The notes: generated from the letters alone by a model not told the origin. DNA of 32,000 bases from Vibrio vulnificus CMCP6 (GCF_000039765.1 NC_004459.3:1350001-1382000), one strand, 5' to 3'; shown: positions 20,380-30,939, counted from the first letter of the stretch. Numbers and translations: made by a program.

Positions 20380-21207
20380 ATGAAAAAGCAGCGAGCCTTT
20401 CTAAAATGGGCAGGCGGAAAATATGGCCTTGTGGAGGACATCCAAAAGCACCTACCGCCGGCTCGTAAACTCGTAGAACCTTTTGTCGGAGCGGGTTCCG
20501 TATTCCTCAATACGGATTATGAGCATTATCTTTTGGCCGATATCAATCCCGATTTGATCAACTTATACAATTTGCTCAAAGAGCAACCTGAGCTCTACAT
20601 CAGTGAAGCAAAACGCTGGTTTACGCAAGAGAACAATCGTAAAGACGCTTACTTGAGCATCCGTAGTGAGTTCAACAAAACCGATGACGTGATGTTTCGC
20701 TCATTAGCGTTTCTCTACATGAACCGTTTTGGTTTCAATGGCTTATGCCGTTACAACAAAAAAGGCGGTTTCAATGTGCCTTTTGGTTCGTACAAACAAC
20801 CGTATTTCCCTGAAGCGGAATTAGAGTTTTTTGCGGAGAAAGCGCAGAAAGCGACGTTTGTATGCGAAGGTTATCAAGAGACATTTCGTCGTGCACGCAA
20901 AGGGTGTGTGGTGTATTGCGATCCACCGTATGCGCCACTTTCAAATACAGCCAATTTTACGTCATACGCAGGGAATGGTTTCACATTGGATGATCAAGCT
21001 GCCTTAGCGGATATTGCGGAAAAAACCGCGAGCGAAAGAGGCATTCCAGTACTTATTTCAAACCACGACACCAAACTGACACGCCGTTTGTATCATGGTG
21101 CGGAGCTGAATGTCGTTAAGGTCAAGCGCACTATCAGCCGTAACGGCGGTGGGCGTAACAAAGTGGATGAACTAATGGCGCTTTTCCACAAGCCAGACAT
21201 CAGTTAA
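20380..21207 (+). CDS. dam: DNA adenine methylase (GATC-specific)
   Basis: MKKQRAFLKWAGGKYGLVEDIQKHLP, VEPFVGAGSVFLN, CDPPYAPLS motifs, 275 aa. Confidence 0.95.
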   Translation: MKKQRAFLKWAGGKYGLVEDIQKHLPPARKLVEPFVGAGSVFLNTDYEHYLLADINPDLINLYNLLKEQPELYISEAKRWFTQENNRKDAYLSIRSEFNKTDDVMFRSLAFLYMNRFGFNGLCRYNKKGGFNVPFGSYKQPYFPEAELEFFAEKAQKATFVCEGYQETFRRARKGCVVYCDPPYAPLSNTANFTSYAGNGFTLDDQAALADIAEKTASERGIPVLISNHDTKLTRRLYHGAELNVVKVKRTISRNGGGRNKVDELMALFHKPDIS

Positions 21208-21328
21208 CCCCATCGATTCATTCTCTACATTCACACTATTTCACCGAAATGGTGGATCTCCACACTGGCTTCGGTAAAATTGCGCGCACATTGGTTTGCT
21301 GTTTTGCTCGTGATTACTGAGGTCAGGT

Positions 21329-21997
21329 ATGAAAGATTTTCTTATTGCTCCATCCATTTTGTCTGCAGATTTTGCTCGTCTAGGTGAAGATGTTGAAAAA
21401 GTCTTGGCGGCTGGGGCGGATGTTGTCCATTTCGATGTGATGGATAACCACTATGTTCCGAACCTCACTTTCGGCGCGCCGGTGTGTAAAGCGCTACGTG
21501 ATTATGGCATTACCGCGCCGATTGATGTGCATTTGATGGTCAAACCGGTCGATCGCATCATTCCCGATTTTGCCAAAGCGGGTGCGTCGATGATCACCTT
21601 CCATATCGAAGCGTCTGAGCATGTCGATCGAACCTTGCAATTGATCAAAGAGCACGGCTGTAAAGCGGGTGTTGTACTTAACCCTGCGACGCCGTTGGCG
21701 CACCTAGAATTCATCATGGATAAAGTGGATCTCATTTTATTAATGTCGGTGAACCCTGGCTTTGGTGGGCAGTCATTCATTCCTCACACTTTGGATAAGC
21801 TGCGTGCAGTACGTAAGATGATTGATGCGACTGGGCGTGATATCCGCTTGGAGATTGATGGTGGTGTGAAAGTGGATAACATTCGTGAAATCGCCGAAGC
21901 GGGTGCGGATATGTTTGTTGCAGGTTCAGCCATTTTTGGCCAACCAGATTATAAAGCCGTGATTGACGAAATGCGTGCAGAGTTGGCTAAAGCGTAA
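21329..21997 (+). CDS. rpe: ribulose-phosphate 3-epimerase
   Basis: [49 protein letters not shown], with [14 protein letters not shown]. Confidence 0.96.
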   Translation: MKDFLIAPSILSADFARLGEDVEKVLAAGADVVHFDVMDNHYVPNLTFGAPVCKALRDYGITAPIDVHLMVKPVDRIIPDFAKAGASMITFHIEASEHVDRTLQLIKEHGCKAGVVLNPATPLAHLEFIMDKVDLILLMSVNPGFGGQSFIPHTLDKLRAVRKMIDATGRDIRLEIDGGVKVDNIREIAEAGADMFVAGSAIFGQPDYKAVIDEMRAELAKA

Positions 21998-22006
21998 ATT
22001 CCAGAA

Positions 22007-22036
22007 GCGAGGTTGCTAGATGAGTAGCTTCCTCGC
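22007..22036. other. imperfect inverted repeat immediately downstream of rpe
   Basis: GCGAGG-TT-GCTA-gatgag-TAGC-TT-CCTCGC. Confidence 0.6.
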
Positions 22037-22040
22037 ATTC

Positions 22041-22176
22041 TAGTTTTCTAGTTTTCTAGTTTTCTAGTTTTCTAGTTTTCTAGTTTTCTAGTTTTCTAGT
22101 TTTCTAGTTTTCTAGTTTTCTAGTTTTCTAGCTCCCTAGCTCCCTAGCTCCCTAGCTCCCTAGCTCCCTAGCTCCC
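22041..22176. repeat. 136-bp tandem array of 8-bp units: 11 x TAGTTTTC then 6 x TAGCTCCC
   Basis: Direct reading. Units of TAGTTTTC run 22041-22128 and units of TAGCTCCC run 22129-22176, followed by degenerate TGGTCCC TATCTTCC. All 17 units are perfect within their class. Confidence 0.98.
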
Positions 22177-22218
22177 TGGTCCCTATCTTCCTCGCTCTCG
22201 GTTGTTTAAAAATACTCC

Positions 22219-22247
22219 TTGCTTAAACTGAGCCCTTTCTGTACTAT
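22219..22247 (+). promoter_or_regulatory. candidate sigma-70 promoter of the rpsF-priB-rpsR-rplI operon
   Basis: TTGCTT (22219-22224), 17 bp, TACTAT (22242-22247). Confidence 0.6.
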
Positions 22248-22281
22248 TTGCCGTCCTTAAACTCGGTCAATAACCCTTAGT

Positions 22282-22336
22282 TCCTTGCTTCCTCTGGATG
22301 ACTGAGCCAAATGTGGAAGCTAATAATCCGTAAGGA
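22282..22336 (+). promoter_or_regulatory. candidate S6:S18-binding autoregulatory leader of rpsF
   Basis: TCCTT-GCTTCC ... GGAAGC-TAATAATCCGT-AAGGA: inner 6-bp helix (22287-22292/22315-22320), outer helix TCCTT/AAGGA (22282-22286/22332-22336) covering the Shine-Dalgarno, and a 3'-side bulge containing CCG. Confidence 0.5.
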
Positions 22337-22343
22337 GCAAACA

Positions 22344-22715
22344 ATGCGTCATTACGAAATCGTATTCATGGTGCACCCTGATCAAAGCGAGCAAGTTGCT
22401 GGCATGATCGAGCGTTACACAGGTTCTATCACTGAAGCTGGCGGTAAAATCCACCGTCTAGAAGACTGGGGTCGTCGTCAACTGGCTTACCCAATCAACA
22501 AGCTTCACAAAGCTCACTACGTTCTAATGAACGTTGAAGCGGACCAAGCTGTAATCGATGAGCTAGAAACTGCTTTCCGTTACAACGATGCAGTTCTACG
22601 CAACATGATCATGCGTACTAAAGCAGCTATCACTGAGCCTTCAATCATGCTTAAGCAGAAAGAAGAACGCGCTCCTCGTCGTGAAGCTGAAGCGAAAGAA
22701 TTCGCTGCTGAGTAA
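22344..22715 (+). CDS. rpsF: 30S ribosomal protein S6
   Basis: [54 protein letters not shown] 22344 follows AAGGAG. Confidence 0.97.
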   Translation: MRHYEIVFMVHPDQSEQVAGMIERYTGSITEAGGKIHRLEDWGRRQLAYPINKLHKAHYVLMNVEADQAVIDELETAFRYNDAVLRNMIMRTKAAITEPSIMLKQKEERAPRREAEAKEFAAE

Positions 22716-22723
22716 TTGATTTT

Positions 22724-23026
22724 ATGACCAATCGAATGGAGCTGAGCGGCACTGTCGTGAAAGATCCGATTCGAAGCCAAAGCCCTGCTGGAATCTCACA
22801 TTGTCGATTTTGGCTCGAGCATCGCTCGGTAGTGGTTGAGGCGGATTTACCAAGACAAGTTTTCTGTCGAATGCCAGTGGTTGTCAGCGGTAAAGGGTCA
22901 CAAGACATAACTCAACAAATAGTTTTGGGCAGTAACATTAAGGTAAGTGGCTTTGTTGCTTATCAGACCGGCCGAAATGGCGTAGGTAAATTGGTGTTAC
23001 ATGCCGATGACATAATTCATATTTAA
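22724..23026 (+). CDS. priB: primosomal replication protein PriB
   Basis: MTNRMELSGTVVKDPIRSQSPAGISHCRFWLEHRS..., 100 aa, between rpsF and rpsR. Confidence 0.94.
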   Translation: MTNRMELSGTVVKDPIRSQSPAGISHCRFWLEHRSVVVEADLPRQVFCRMPVVVSGKGSQDITQQIVLGSNIKVSGFVAYQTGRNGVGKLVLHADDIIHI

Positions 23027-23039
23027 GATCAGGAGATAG

Positions 23040-23270
<231 letters not shown>

Positions 23271-23303
23271 TCGGTACCGTTTATTAAGAAAGAGGATTAA
23301 ACA

Positions 23304-23753
23304 ATGCAAGTTATTCTACTTGATAAAATCGGTAACCTAGGTAGCCTTGGTGACACAGTAAACGTTAAGTCTGGTTACGCTCGTAACTTCCTTATCCCTC
23401 AGGGTAAAGCAGTTATGGCAACTAAAGGCAACGTTGAAATGTTTGAAGCTCGTCGTGCTGAACTTGAAGCAAAAGTTGCTGAGCAACTAGCTTCTGCAGA
23501 AGCTCGCGCTGAGAAAGTAAACGCTCTAGAAGCAGTAGTTATCGCTTCTAAAGCTGGTGACGAAGGTAAACTGTTCGGTTCTATCGGTACTCGTGACATC
23601 GCTGATGCAATCACTGCAGCTGGCGTTGAAGTTGTTAAGAGCGAAGTTCGCCTTCCTGAAGGTGCTCTACGTACAACTGGTGAGTTCGAAATCAGCGTTC
23701 AACTTCACTCTGAAGTATTCGCGACAGTTAAACTACAAGTTGTTGCTGAGTAA
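23304..23753 (+). CDS. rplI: 50S ribosomal protein L9
   Basis: [40 protein letters not shown]. Confidence 0.98.
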
Positions 23754-23777
23754 TATTCAGTATCAAGACGAAATTTT

Positions 23778-23804
23778 AAAGCACCTCTCTGAGGTGCTTT
23801 TTTT
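23778..23804. terminator. Rho-independent terminator after rplI
   Basis: AAAGCACCTC-TCT-GAGGTGCTTTTTTT. Confidence 0.85.
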
Positions 23805-23837
23805 ATTGCTTGAGTTTATCGTATCAGAGGATTGAGA

Positions 23838-24605
23838 TTAGAAAGCAAACAGCAGATTGACAGAGAACACGCTGTCAGCTTTGCTTAGACCATCGGGCAC
23901 TCGGTCGTGGTATTGGCGAGAGTGGGCGATCTTAAGGGCAATGTCTTCGGTAATGTTATTGGTCAAACTTAAATCACTGTCGGTTCGCGTATTGCTGTGA
24001 CCACTGACGACCGTAATATCGGCCGAGAGACGCAAATTCTCTAACGCTTGCCAACTGGTTTTTAAATTGCCACGGAAAATCCCTTCTTCGACGATTTCAG
24101 GGAAAATAATGTCATCGTCATCAATTTCATCCAGATTGGGCTCTTGATAACGAAAGCCAGGACCGAATTCGAACTCAAGTACAAAGGTATCCGTACTGGC
24201 AAACTGATAACCCAAACCCGCTGAAATTGTGTAGTCTTTGAAGTACGCACTGTAGCGTGAATCAATGCCTTTAAAGCTGCCGTAAAGGTAGGTCTTAGGG
24301 GATAACTTGTAGTCAGATTGCAGGCTGTAAGTTGACGTGCGCTTATCTTCTTCGCCATCTTTGTATAAATTGTAGAATTTCCACTCTCCATTTGAGCGGT
24401 GGCGACCTTCCGTGTATTCCCCACTGAGCCGTGCGTTGAGCGCTTGAGAATCCGAGTTGCCTGAGTGAGCTTGATAGCCAAACTCTACTTCACTTTTCCA
24501 CGGAGAGGGAAGGGCGATGTCCTTATCCAAATTATCTTCAGCATAAGCAGTTAGGCTAACGGCATATAGACCTAACGACAGAAACCAGCGATTGGACACG
24601 AACAC
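23838..24605 (-). CDS. DUF481 family (YdiY-like) putative salt-induced outer-membrane protein
   Basis: 255 aa with signal peptide (SLGLYAVSLTAYA), WKSEVEFGYQAHSGNSDSQALNARLSGEY..., beta-strand periodicity and C-terminal aromatic residue (LLFAF). Confidence 0.8.
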   Translation of the reverse strand: MFVSNRWFLSLGLYAVSLTAYAEDNLDKDIALPSPWKSEVEFGYQAHSGNSDSQALNARLSGEYTEGRHRSNGEWKFYNLYKDGEEDKRTSTYSLQSDYKLSPKTYLYGSFKGIDSRYSAYFKDYTISAGLGYQFASTDTFVLEFEFGPGFRYQEPNLDEIDDDDIIFPEIVEEGIFRGNLKTSWQALENLRLSADITVVSGHSNTRTDSDLSLTNNITEDIALKIAHSRQYHDRVPDGLSKADSVFSVNLLFAF

Positions 24606-24772
24606 CTCTTATAATGTGAGCTTATGGCTCAGGATAGTACGAACATACGAGAATAGGTGCGTCAGCCTAAAGTTAAAACTTGTCAGATGGGCAACAAACT
24701 CTGCATGCGGAGGCGCGCATCTTAAACCATTTTGAGTATAATGACGCTAAATATAAGTTACAGAGTGTAGTC

Positions 24773-26167
24773 ATGGCGGATAATCGAAAACGCAAAATTC
24801 CGGATAGCCAAGTAGATGCAATAAAAGTTCCTCCTCATTCCTTAGAAGCTGAGCAATCGGTGCTTGGTGGTTTGTTATTGGATAATGAACGTTGGGATAC
24901 GGTTGCTGAGCGTGTGGTCAGCAAGGATTTTTATAGTCGTCCCCACCGTTTGATTTTCGATGCCATTAAAAGCATTTTGGAAGAGAACAAGCCGCTGGAT
25001 CTGATTACCCTGTCCGAGCATTTAGAACGCCGTGAGCAGTTGGAAGATGTCGGTGGTTTTGCGTACCTTGCCGATTTGGCGAAGAACACGCCAAGTGCTG
25101 CCAACATTAATGCCTATGCTGATATCGTTGCTGAGCGAGCTTTAGTACGTAATCTGATCAGTGTGGCCAATGAAATTGCGGACGCGGGTTATGATCCTCA
25201 AGGCCGTAGTTCGGAAGATCTGCTCGATCTCGCTGAGAGTAAAGTATTCGCCATCGCGGAAGAACGCACCAGCGAAAACGAAGGCCCACAAAATGTCGAT
25301 TCCATTCTAGAGAAAACCTTAGAACGTATCGAGCTACTGTACAAGAGCCCGCAAGATGGTGTCACCGGGGTGGATACTGGCTTTACGGATCTGAATAAGA
25401 AAACCGCAGGCTTGCAAGGCTCTGACCTTATCATTGTCGCCGCACGTCCATCGATGGGTAAAACCACCTTTGCAATGAACTTGTGTGAAAACGCCGCGAT
25501 GGATCAAGACAAGCCTGTGCTTATTTTCTCACTGGAGATGCCCGCGGAACAAATCATGATGCGTATGTTGGCCTCTTTGTCTCGTGTTGACCAAACCAAG
25601 ATCCGTACCGGTCAGCTGGACGATGAGGATTGGGCGCGTATTTCTTCGACCATGGGTATTTTGATGGAGAAGAAGAACATGTACATCGATGACAGCTCTG
25701 GTCTAACGCCAACGGAAGTGCGTTCACGTGCGCGTCGTGTGGCGCGTGAGCATGGTGGTTTATCGATGATCATGGTCGACTACCTTCAATTGATGCGCGT
25801 GCCAGCTCTCTCGGATAACCGTACTTTGGAAATTGCGGAGATTTCTCGCTCACTGAAAGCATTGGCGAAAGAGCTGAATGTACCCGTGGTGGCCCTGTCG
25901 CAGTTGAACCGCTCGCTAGAGCAACGGGCAGACAAACGTCCTGTGAACTCGGATCTGCGTGAATCTGGCTCTATCGAGCAGGACGCCGACTTAATCATGT
26001 TCATCTATCGAGACGAAGTATATAACCCTGACAGCGCGCTGAAAGGTACGGCGGAGATCATTATTGGTAAGCAGCGTAACGGTCCTATCGGTTCGGTGCG
26101 GCTGACATTCCAAGGACACTGGTCTCGCTTTGACAATTATGCAGGCCCGGCGTTTGATGATGAGTAA
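24773..26167 (+). CDS. dnaB: replicative DNA helicase DnaB
   Basis: [39 protein letters not shown], Walker [35 protein letters not shown]. Start at ATG 24773. Confidence 0.97.
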   Translation: MADNRKRKIPDSQVDAIKVPPHSLEAEQSVLGGLLLDNERWDTVAERVVSKDFYSRPHRLIFDAIKSILEENKPLDLITLSEHLERREQLEDVGGFAYLADLAKNTPSAANINAYADIVAERALVRNLISVANEIADAGYDPQGRSSEDLLDLAESKVFAIAEERTSENEGPQNVDSILEKTLERIELLYKSPQDGVTGVDTGFTDLNKKTAGLQGSDLIIVAARPSMGKTTFAMNLCENAAMDQDKPVLIFSLEMPAEQIMMRMLASLSRVDQTKIRTGQLDDEDWARISSTMGILMEKKNMYIDDSSGLTPTEVRSRARRVAREHGGLSMIMVDYLQLMRVPALSDNRTLEIAEISRSLKALAKELNVPVVALSQLNRSLEQRADKRPVNSDLRESGSIEQDADLIMFIYRDEVYNPDSALKGTAEIIIGKQRNGPIGSVRLTFQGHWSRFDNYAGPAFDDE

Positions 26168-26180
26168 CACGATGAATTAC

Positions 26181-27257
26181 ATGAAAGCCGCCACGGCTTG
26201 TATTGACCTTGTGGCTTTGCAACACAATTTGCAGTTGATCAAACAGCAAGCCCCGCACAGTAAGTTGATGGCGGTGGTTAAGGCAAATGGTTATGGTCAT
26301 GGTTTGCGTCACGTCGCTAAGCATGCGGTTGGTGCTGATGCCTTTGGGGTTGCGCGAATTGAAGAAGCGCTACAACTGCGAGCGTGTGGTGTTGTTAAAC
26401 CCATCTTGCTTTTAGAAGGATTTTACTCGTCGGGTGATTTGCCTGTCTTGGTGACCAATAACATTCAAACGGTGGTGCACTGTGAAGAGCAACTGCGCGA
26501 TTTGGAAAATGCTGAGCTGGAAACGCCTGTAGTGGTTTGGCTGAAAATCGACAGCGGTATGCATCGTTTAGGGGTTCGTCCTGAGCAATATCAAGCGTTT
26601 GTTGAGCGTTTGCATCAGTGTCCGAATGTGGCCAAGCCTTTGCGCTATATGAGCCACTTTGGTTGTGCTGATGAGATGAATAACGAGATGACGCCGAAAC
26701 AAATCGAGCTATTTTTATCGCTGACTCGAGGTTGCAAAGGTGAGCGCTCACTCGCAGCTTCCGCAGGATTACTGGCTTGGCAAGAAAGTCAATTGGAGTG
26801 GGTGCGACCGGGTATCATTATGTATGGTGTTTCTCCATTTGGTGACAAGACCGCCTCCGAGTTAGGCTACAAACCAGTGATGACCTTAAAGTCTCATTTA
26901 ATTGCGGTTCGAGATGTCAAAGCGGGCGAGTCAGTGGGATATGGCGCAACTTGGATCAGCGAACGCGATACCAAAGTAGGGGTAATTGCTATTGGTTATG
27001 GTGATGGCTACCCACGAACCGCACCCAACGGAACTCCCGTGTTGGTCAATGGCCGTAAGGTGCCGATTGCCGGTCGAGTCTCTATGGATATGCTCACCGT
27101 GGATCTCGGCCCCGACGCAACCGATCATGTCGGTGATGAGGCGATTCTTTGGGGCGCAGATTTACCAGCGGAAGACGTGGCGCAGCATATCGGCACCATC
27201 GCTTATGAGTTAGTGACTAAACTTACTTCACGCGTTGAAATGTCTTATAGCGAATAA
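26181..27257 (+). CDS. alr: alanine racemase
   Basis: [45 protein letters not shown]-lysine motif [11 protein letters not shown]. In-frame alternative starts exist upstream (e.g. 26172). Confidence 0.94.
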   Translation: MKAATACIDLVALQHNLQLIKQQAPHSKLMAVVKANGYGHGLRHVAKHAVGADAFGVARIEEALQLRACGVVKPILLLEGFYSSGDLPVLVTNNIQTVVHCEEQLRDLENAELETPVVVWLKIDSGMHRLGVRPEQYQAFVERLHQCPNVAKPLRYMSHFGCADEMNNEMTPKQIELFLSLTRGCKGERSLAASAGLLAWQESQLEWVRPGIIMYGVSPFGDKTASELGYKPVMTLKSHLIAVRDVKAGESVGYGATWISERDTKVGVIAIGYGDGYPRTAPNGTPVLVNGRKVPIAGRVSMDMLTVDLGPDATDHVGDEAILWGADLPAEDVAQHIGTIAYELVTKLTSRVEMSYSE

Positions 27258-27264
27258 ATCAATA

Positions 27265-28476
27265 ATGAAATCAAAACCTGTTTTTCGCTTGGTGGTTGCG
27301 GCAACTGGCTTGTGCGCTCTGCCAACTTGGGCTGATGGTTGGCCAAGTTGGTCTCCAGAAACGGCCGTGGTTCCTTACTATTTTGTCAGTGATAGCATGG
27401 GTAATACTCTGGGTGTCGCTGGACTTGCAAAGCACGTAGGGCAAGCTAATGCTTCTGTGTTAGGTACCGCGCTTTATTCTGACAAAGGAAGCTATGTCAC
27501 TTATCTTTCGGCAACAAATTACCAAGTGGGTGATTTCTGGTTGCTCGGTGCGGAAAGCTATCAGGGGAAGTTTGTTGATTACGACTATTACCTTGGAGCT
27601 AACGCCAGTAATGATTCAACAGCGGCCGATCGAACGATAGCGACAGGTAAAGAATCAATCACGCGTTTCTCCTTCCGCTATATTGTGCCTTGGGGGCATG
27701 CGGCGTTTCGTGGAGCGCGTGCGGCATTAGAACCCACTCGGCAAATTAAAGGCTTCTCGCCAGATCGCAGTGGCATCACCACCATTGAGTTTCAGCCGTT
27801 TCATACCTCTCGAGAGATTAACGCGATTGCTGGCCAAGATAGCGACTCTAGCGGGCTCAGTTTGAAGTTGGATTGGGATAACCGAAATGATGTTCGCAAC
27901 CCTACTCAAGGCTTTCGCACTCGACTGGACATCACCTACGCAGATGAAAACTGGGGCAATGACAGCGATTGGTTGAAGTATGAGTATTCCAGTAGTGGCT
28001 TTTGGAATCTCGGTGGTGTCGATGATCTTCTCGACCAACAAGTGTTTGCGTTTAACTTCTATATTGCCGATACGCCTACTTGGAATAATTGTAATACTCA
28101 AACATGTCAAAGACCGCCAGAGTTTGATCAGGTAAGTCTAGGTGGTTTATACCGATTGAGAAGTTTTTCCTCTGGGCGTTTTCATGGCAAATCGGCCATC
28201 AACTACAGCGCTGAGTACCGTGTTTTACCCAAATGGCAACCTTTGGATGATATTCCAGTGCTGAATATCTACGATATCCCTTGGTGGCAATGGGTCGCTT
28301 TTGTCGATATGGGACGAGTGAGCGACGAAAGCAGTTTCTCTGAACTGCACAGCGATATGCAGTGGAGCGCAGGTGGTGCCGTGCGTTTTCAAGTGGAAGG
28401 CATTGTGGTGCGAGCCGAAATGGCATGGGGAAGTGAAGAGAGCCTTTTTCGTGTCATGGTCAATCAGCCGTTTTAA
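27265..28476 (+). CDS. outer-membrane surface antigen-like protein (BamA/TamA C-terminal barrel, D15 family-like)
   Basis: MKSKPVFRLVVAATGLCALPTWADGWPSWSPETAVVPYYFVSDSMGNTLGVAG.... Barrel features such as NPTQGFRTRLDITY, YRLRSFSSGRFHGKSAINYSAEYR, and terminal F residue. Confidence 0.75.
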   Translation: MKSKPVFRLVVAATGLCALPTWADGWPSWSPETAVVPYYFVSDSMGNTLGVAGLAKHVGQANASVLGTALYSDKGSYVTYLSATNYQVGDFWLLGAESYQGKFVDYDYYLGANASNDSTAADRTIATGKESITRFSFRYIVPWGHAAFRGARAALEPTRQIKGFSPDRSGITTIEFQPFHTSREINAIAGQDSDSSGLSLKLDWDNRNDVRNPTQGFRTRLDITYADENWGNDSDWLKYEYSSSGFWNLGGVDDLLDQQVFAFNFYIADTPTWNNCNTQTCQRPPEFDQVSLGGLYRLRSFSSGRFHGKSAINYSAEYRVLPKWQPLDDIPVLNIYDIPWWQWVAFVDMGRVSDESSFSELHSDMQWSAGGAVRFQVEGIVVRAEMAWGSEESLFRVMVNQPF

Positions 28477-28500
28477 CGTTTGCCACACCTTATCATCACT

Positions 28501-28533
28501 CAAGCCGAGCTATTTGCTCGGCTTGTTTTTTAT
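28501..28533. terminator. terminator between the convergent surface antigen gene and yjbQ
   Basis: CAAGCCGAGC-TATTT-GCTCGGCTTGTTTTTTATT. Confidence 0.85.
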
Positions 28534-28949
28534 TCCCCATAGAGCGTGGCCATTATACGACGTTGTCCACCATGATCTCGATGTTCGCCTAAGTAGATCC
28601 CTTGCCAAGTACCTAACGCTAAACGCCCCTGAGAGATTGGAATAGTGAGATGGCATCCTAATGTTGAGGCTTTTATGTGGGCGGGCATATCATCATCGCC
28701 TTCATAATCATGCTGATAGTAAGGGGCCCTTTCAGGAACAAAGCGATTAAAGTGTTGCTCCATATCATGTCGAACGGTGGGGTCTGCGTTCTCATTGATG
28801 GTCAAACTGGCTGAGGTATGTTGGATAAAAAGATGTAACAAACCAACGGATAATTTTGATAGTTCTGGTAATTGTTGTTCAATTTCATCAGTGATCAGAT
28901 GAAAGCCACGCTTTCGGACGGGTAGGGTTAAACACTTCTGATACCACAT
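28530..28949 (-). CDS. yjbQ: YjbQ family protein (UPF0047)
   Basis: 139 aa, with [29 protein letters not shown] and [27 protein letters not shown]. Confidence 0.88.
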   Translation of the reverse strand: MWYQKCLTLPVRKRGFHLITDEIEQQLPELSKLSVGLLHLFIQHTSASLTINENADPTVRHDMEQHFNRFVPERAPYYQHDYEGDDDMPAHIKASTLGCHLTIPISQGRLALGTWQGIYLGEHRDHGGQRRIMATLYGE

Positions 28950-29269
28950 ATCTCATTCCTTATAATCTATTTGGCAAATGGATAATTCAACGCTATCTTT
29001 GGTTGCAGCGTATTAGAGAGACAACACACTATAGTGAGCCATTATGCTAAGTGGCTTGCTCAAAACAGAAACGGTTTACGTGACTTAACTCAAAGAGCGC
29101 GCAGCACGAGTGCGTCATAATTGCACTCTGAAAAAAAATTACAAACTTAAGGTTGTCTTGCACGAGAGTGCAGTCGACAATCACCATTATTTTTTGCTAA
29201 ATCGGGGATTCCACCAGTTTTCGCTAGACTGTATGGAATAGAACCTACTGTAACATCGGGATAAATACC

Positions 29270-30922
29270 ATGTTGAAAACTATTAATCCAACGCAAACAC
29301 AAGCTTGGAACGCGCTGACAGCGCATTTTGAATCTGCACAAGATATGGATCTGAAAGATCTTTTCGCTCAAGACGCAGCGCGTTTTGATAAGTTCTCAGC
29401 ACGTTTTGGCAGTGATATTCTTGTCGATTACTCAAAGAACCTTATCAACGAAGAAACGTTAAAACACCTATTCGCACTAGCGAAAGAAACGGAACTAAGT
29501 GCTGCTATTAAAGCAATGTTTAGTGGTGAAGCGATCAACCAAACGGAAGGTCGCGCGGTGCTCCATACGGCGCTACGTAATCGCTCAAACCAGCCAGTCC
29601 TGGTTGATGGTGAAGACGTGATGCCAGCGGTAAACGCAGTACTTGAGAAAATGAAATCGTTCACTGACCGCGTTATTGGCGGTGAATGGAAAGGTTATAC
29701 AGGTAAAGCGATCACAGATATCGTCAACATCGGCATTGGCGGTTCAGACCTCGGCCCTTACATGGTGACGGAAGCGCTTGCACCATACAAAAACCACCTA
29801 AACTTACACTTTGTTTCTAACGTTGATGGTACTCACATCGTTGAAACACTGAAGAAAGTCGATCCTGAGACAACACTCTTCTTGATCGCGTCTAAGACGT
29901 TCACGACTCAAGAAACCATGACAAACGCTCACACTGCGCGTGATTGGTTCCTAGCTACGGCTGGCGATCAAGCACACGTTGCTAAGCACTTTGCGGCACT
30001 TTCTACTAATGCTCCAGCGGTATCTGAGTTCGGTATCGACACAGATAACATGTTTGAGTTCTGGGACTGGGTTGGTGGTCGTTACTCTCTATGGTCAGCC
30101 ATCGGTCTTTCTATTGCACTTGCTGTCGGTTATGACAACTTCATTGAGCTTCTAGAGGGTGCTCACGAGATGGACAACCATTTCGTCTCTACAGAGTTAG
30201 AAAGCAACATTCCTGTTATTCTTGCCCTGATTGGTATTTGGTACAACAACTTCCATGGCGCTGAGTCAGAAGCTATTCTACCTTACGACCAGTACATGCA
30301 CCGCTTTGCGGCGTACTTCCAGCAAGGTAACATGGAGTCGAACGGCAAATACGTTGACCGCAATGGTAACCCAGTGACTTACCAAACTGGTCCAATTATC
30401 TGGGGTGAGCCTGGTACTAATGGTCAGCACGCGTTCTACCAACTGATCCACCAAGGCACCAAGCTGATCCCTTGTGACTTCATTGCACCGGCTGTGAGCC
30501 ACAACCCAGCAGGTGACCACCACCAGAAACTGATGTCAAACTTCTTTGCACAAACAGAAGCGTTGGCATTTGGTAAAAATGAAGAAACCGTCAAAGCGGA
30601 ATTGGTTAAAGCCGGTAAAAATGCAGAAGAAGTGGCGGCGATCGCCCCATTCAAGGTATTTGAAGGTAACCGTCCAACCAACTCTATCTTGGTTAAGCAA
30701 ATCACCCCTCGCACACTGGGTAACCTGATCGCCATGTACGAGCACAAAATTTTTGTTCAAGGCGTTATTTGGAACATCTTCAGCTTTGACCAATGGGGTG
30801 TGGAGCTAGGTAAACAACTAGCAAACCAAATCCTACCTGAGCTAGCTGATGGTTCTGAAATCAGCTCACACGACAGCTCGACCAATGGTCTCATTAACGC
30901 ATTTAAAGCTTTCAAAGCGTAA
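29270..30922 (+). CDS. pgi: glucose-6-phosphate isomerase
   Basis: 550 aa, with [20 protein letters not shown] and [15 protein letters not shown] signatures. Confidence 0.97.
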
Positions 30923-30939
30923 TGTGCGAATAGAAAAAC

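Noticed and set aside
20380-21207. dam as part of a restriction-modification or defence system
   Set aside because: It is in the conserved aroK-aroB-damX-dam-rpe housekeeping context with no restriction endonuclease gene nearby.
22041-22176. Could the 8-bp array be a CRISPR or iteron origin?
   Set aside because: Units are contiguous with no spacers and there are no cas genes, so it is not CRISPR. The unit is too short for usual iterons, there are no DnaA boxes nearby and no rep gene.
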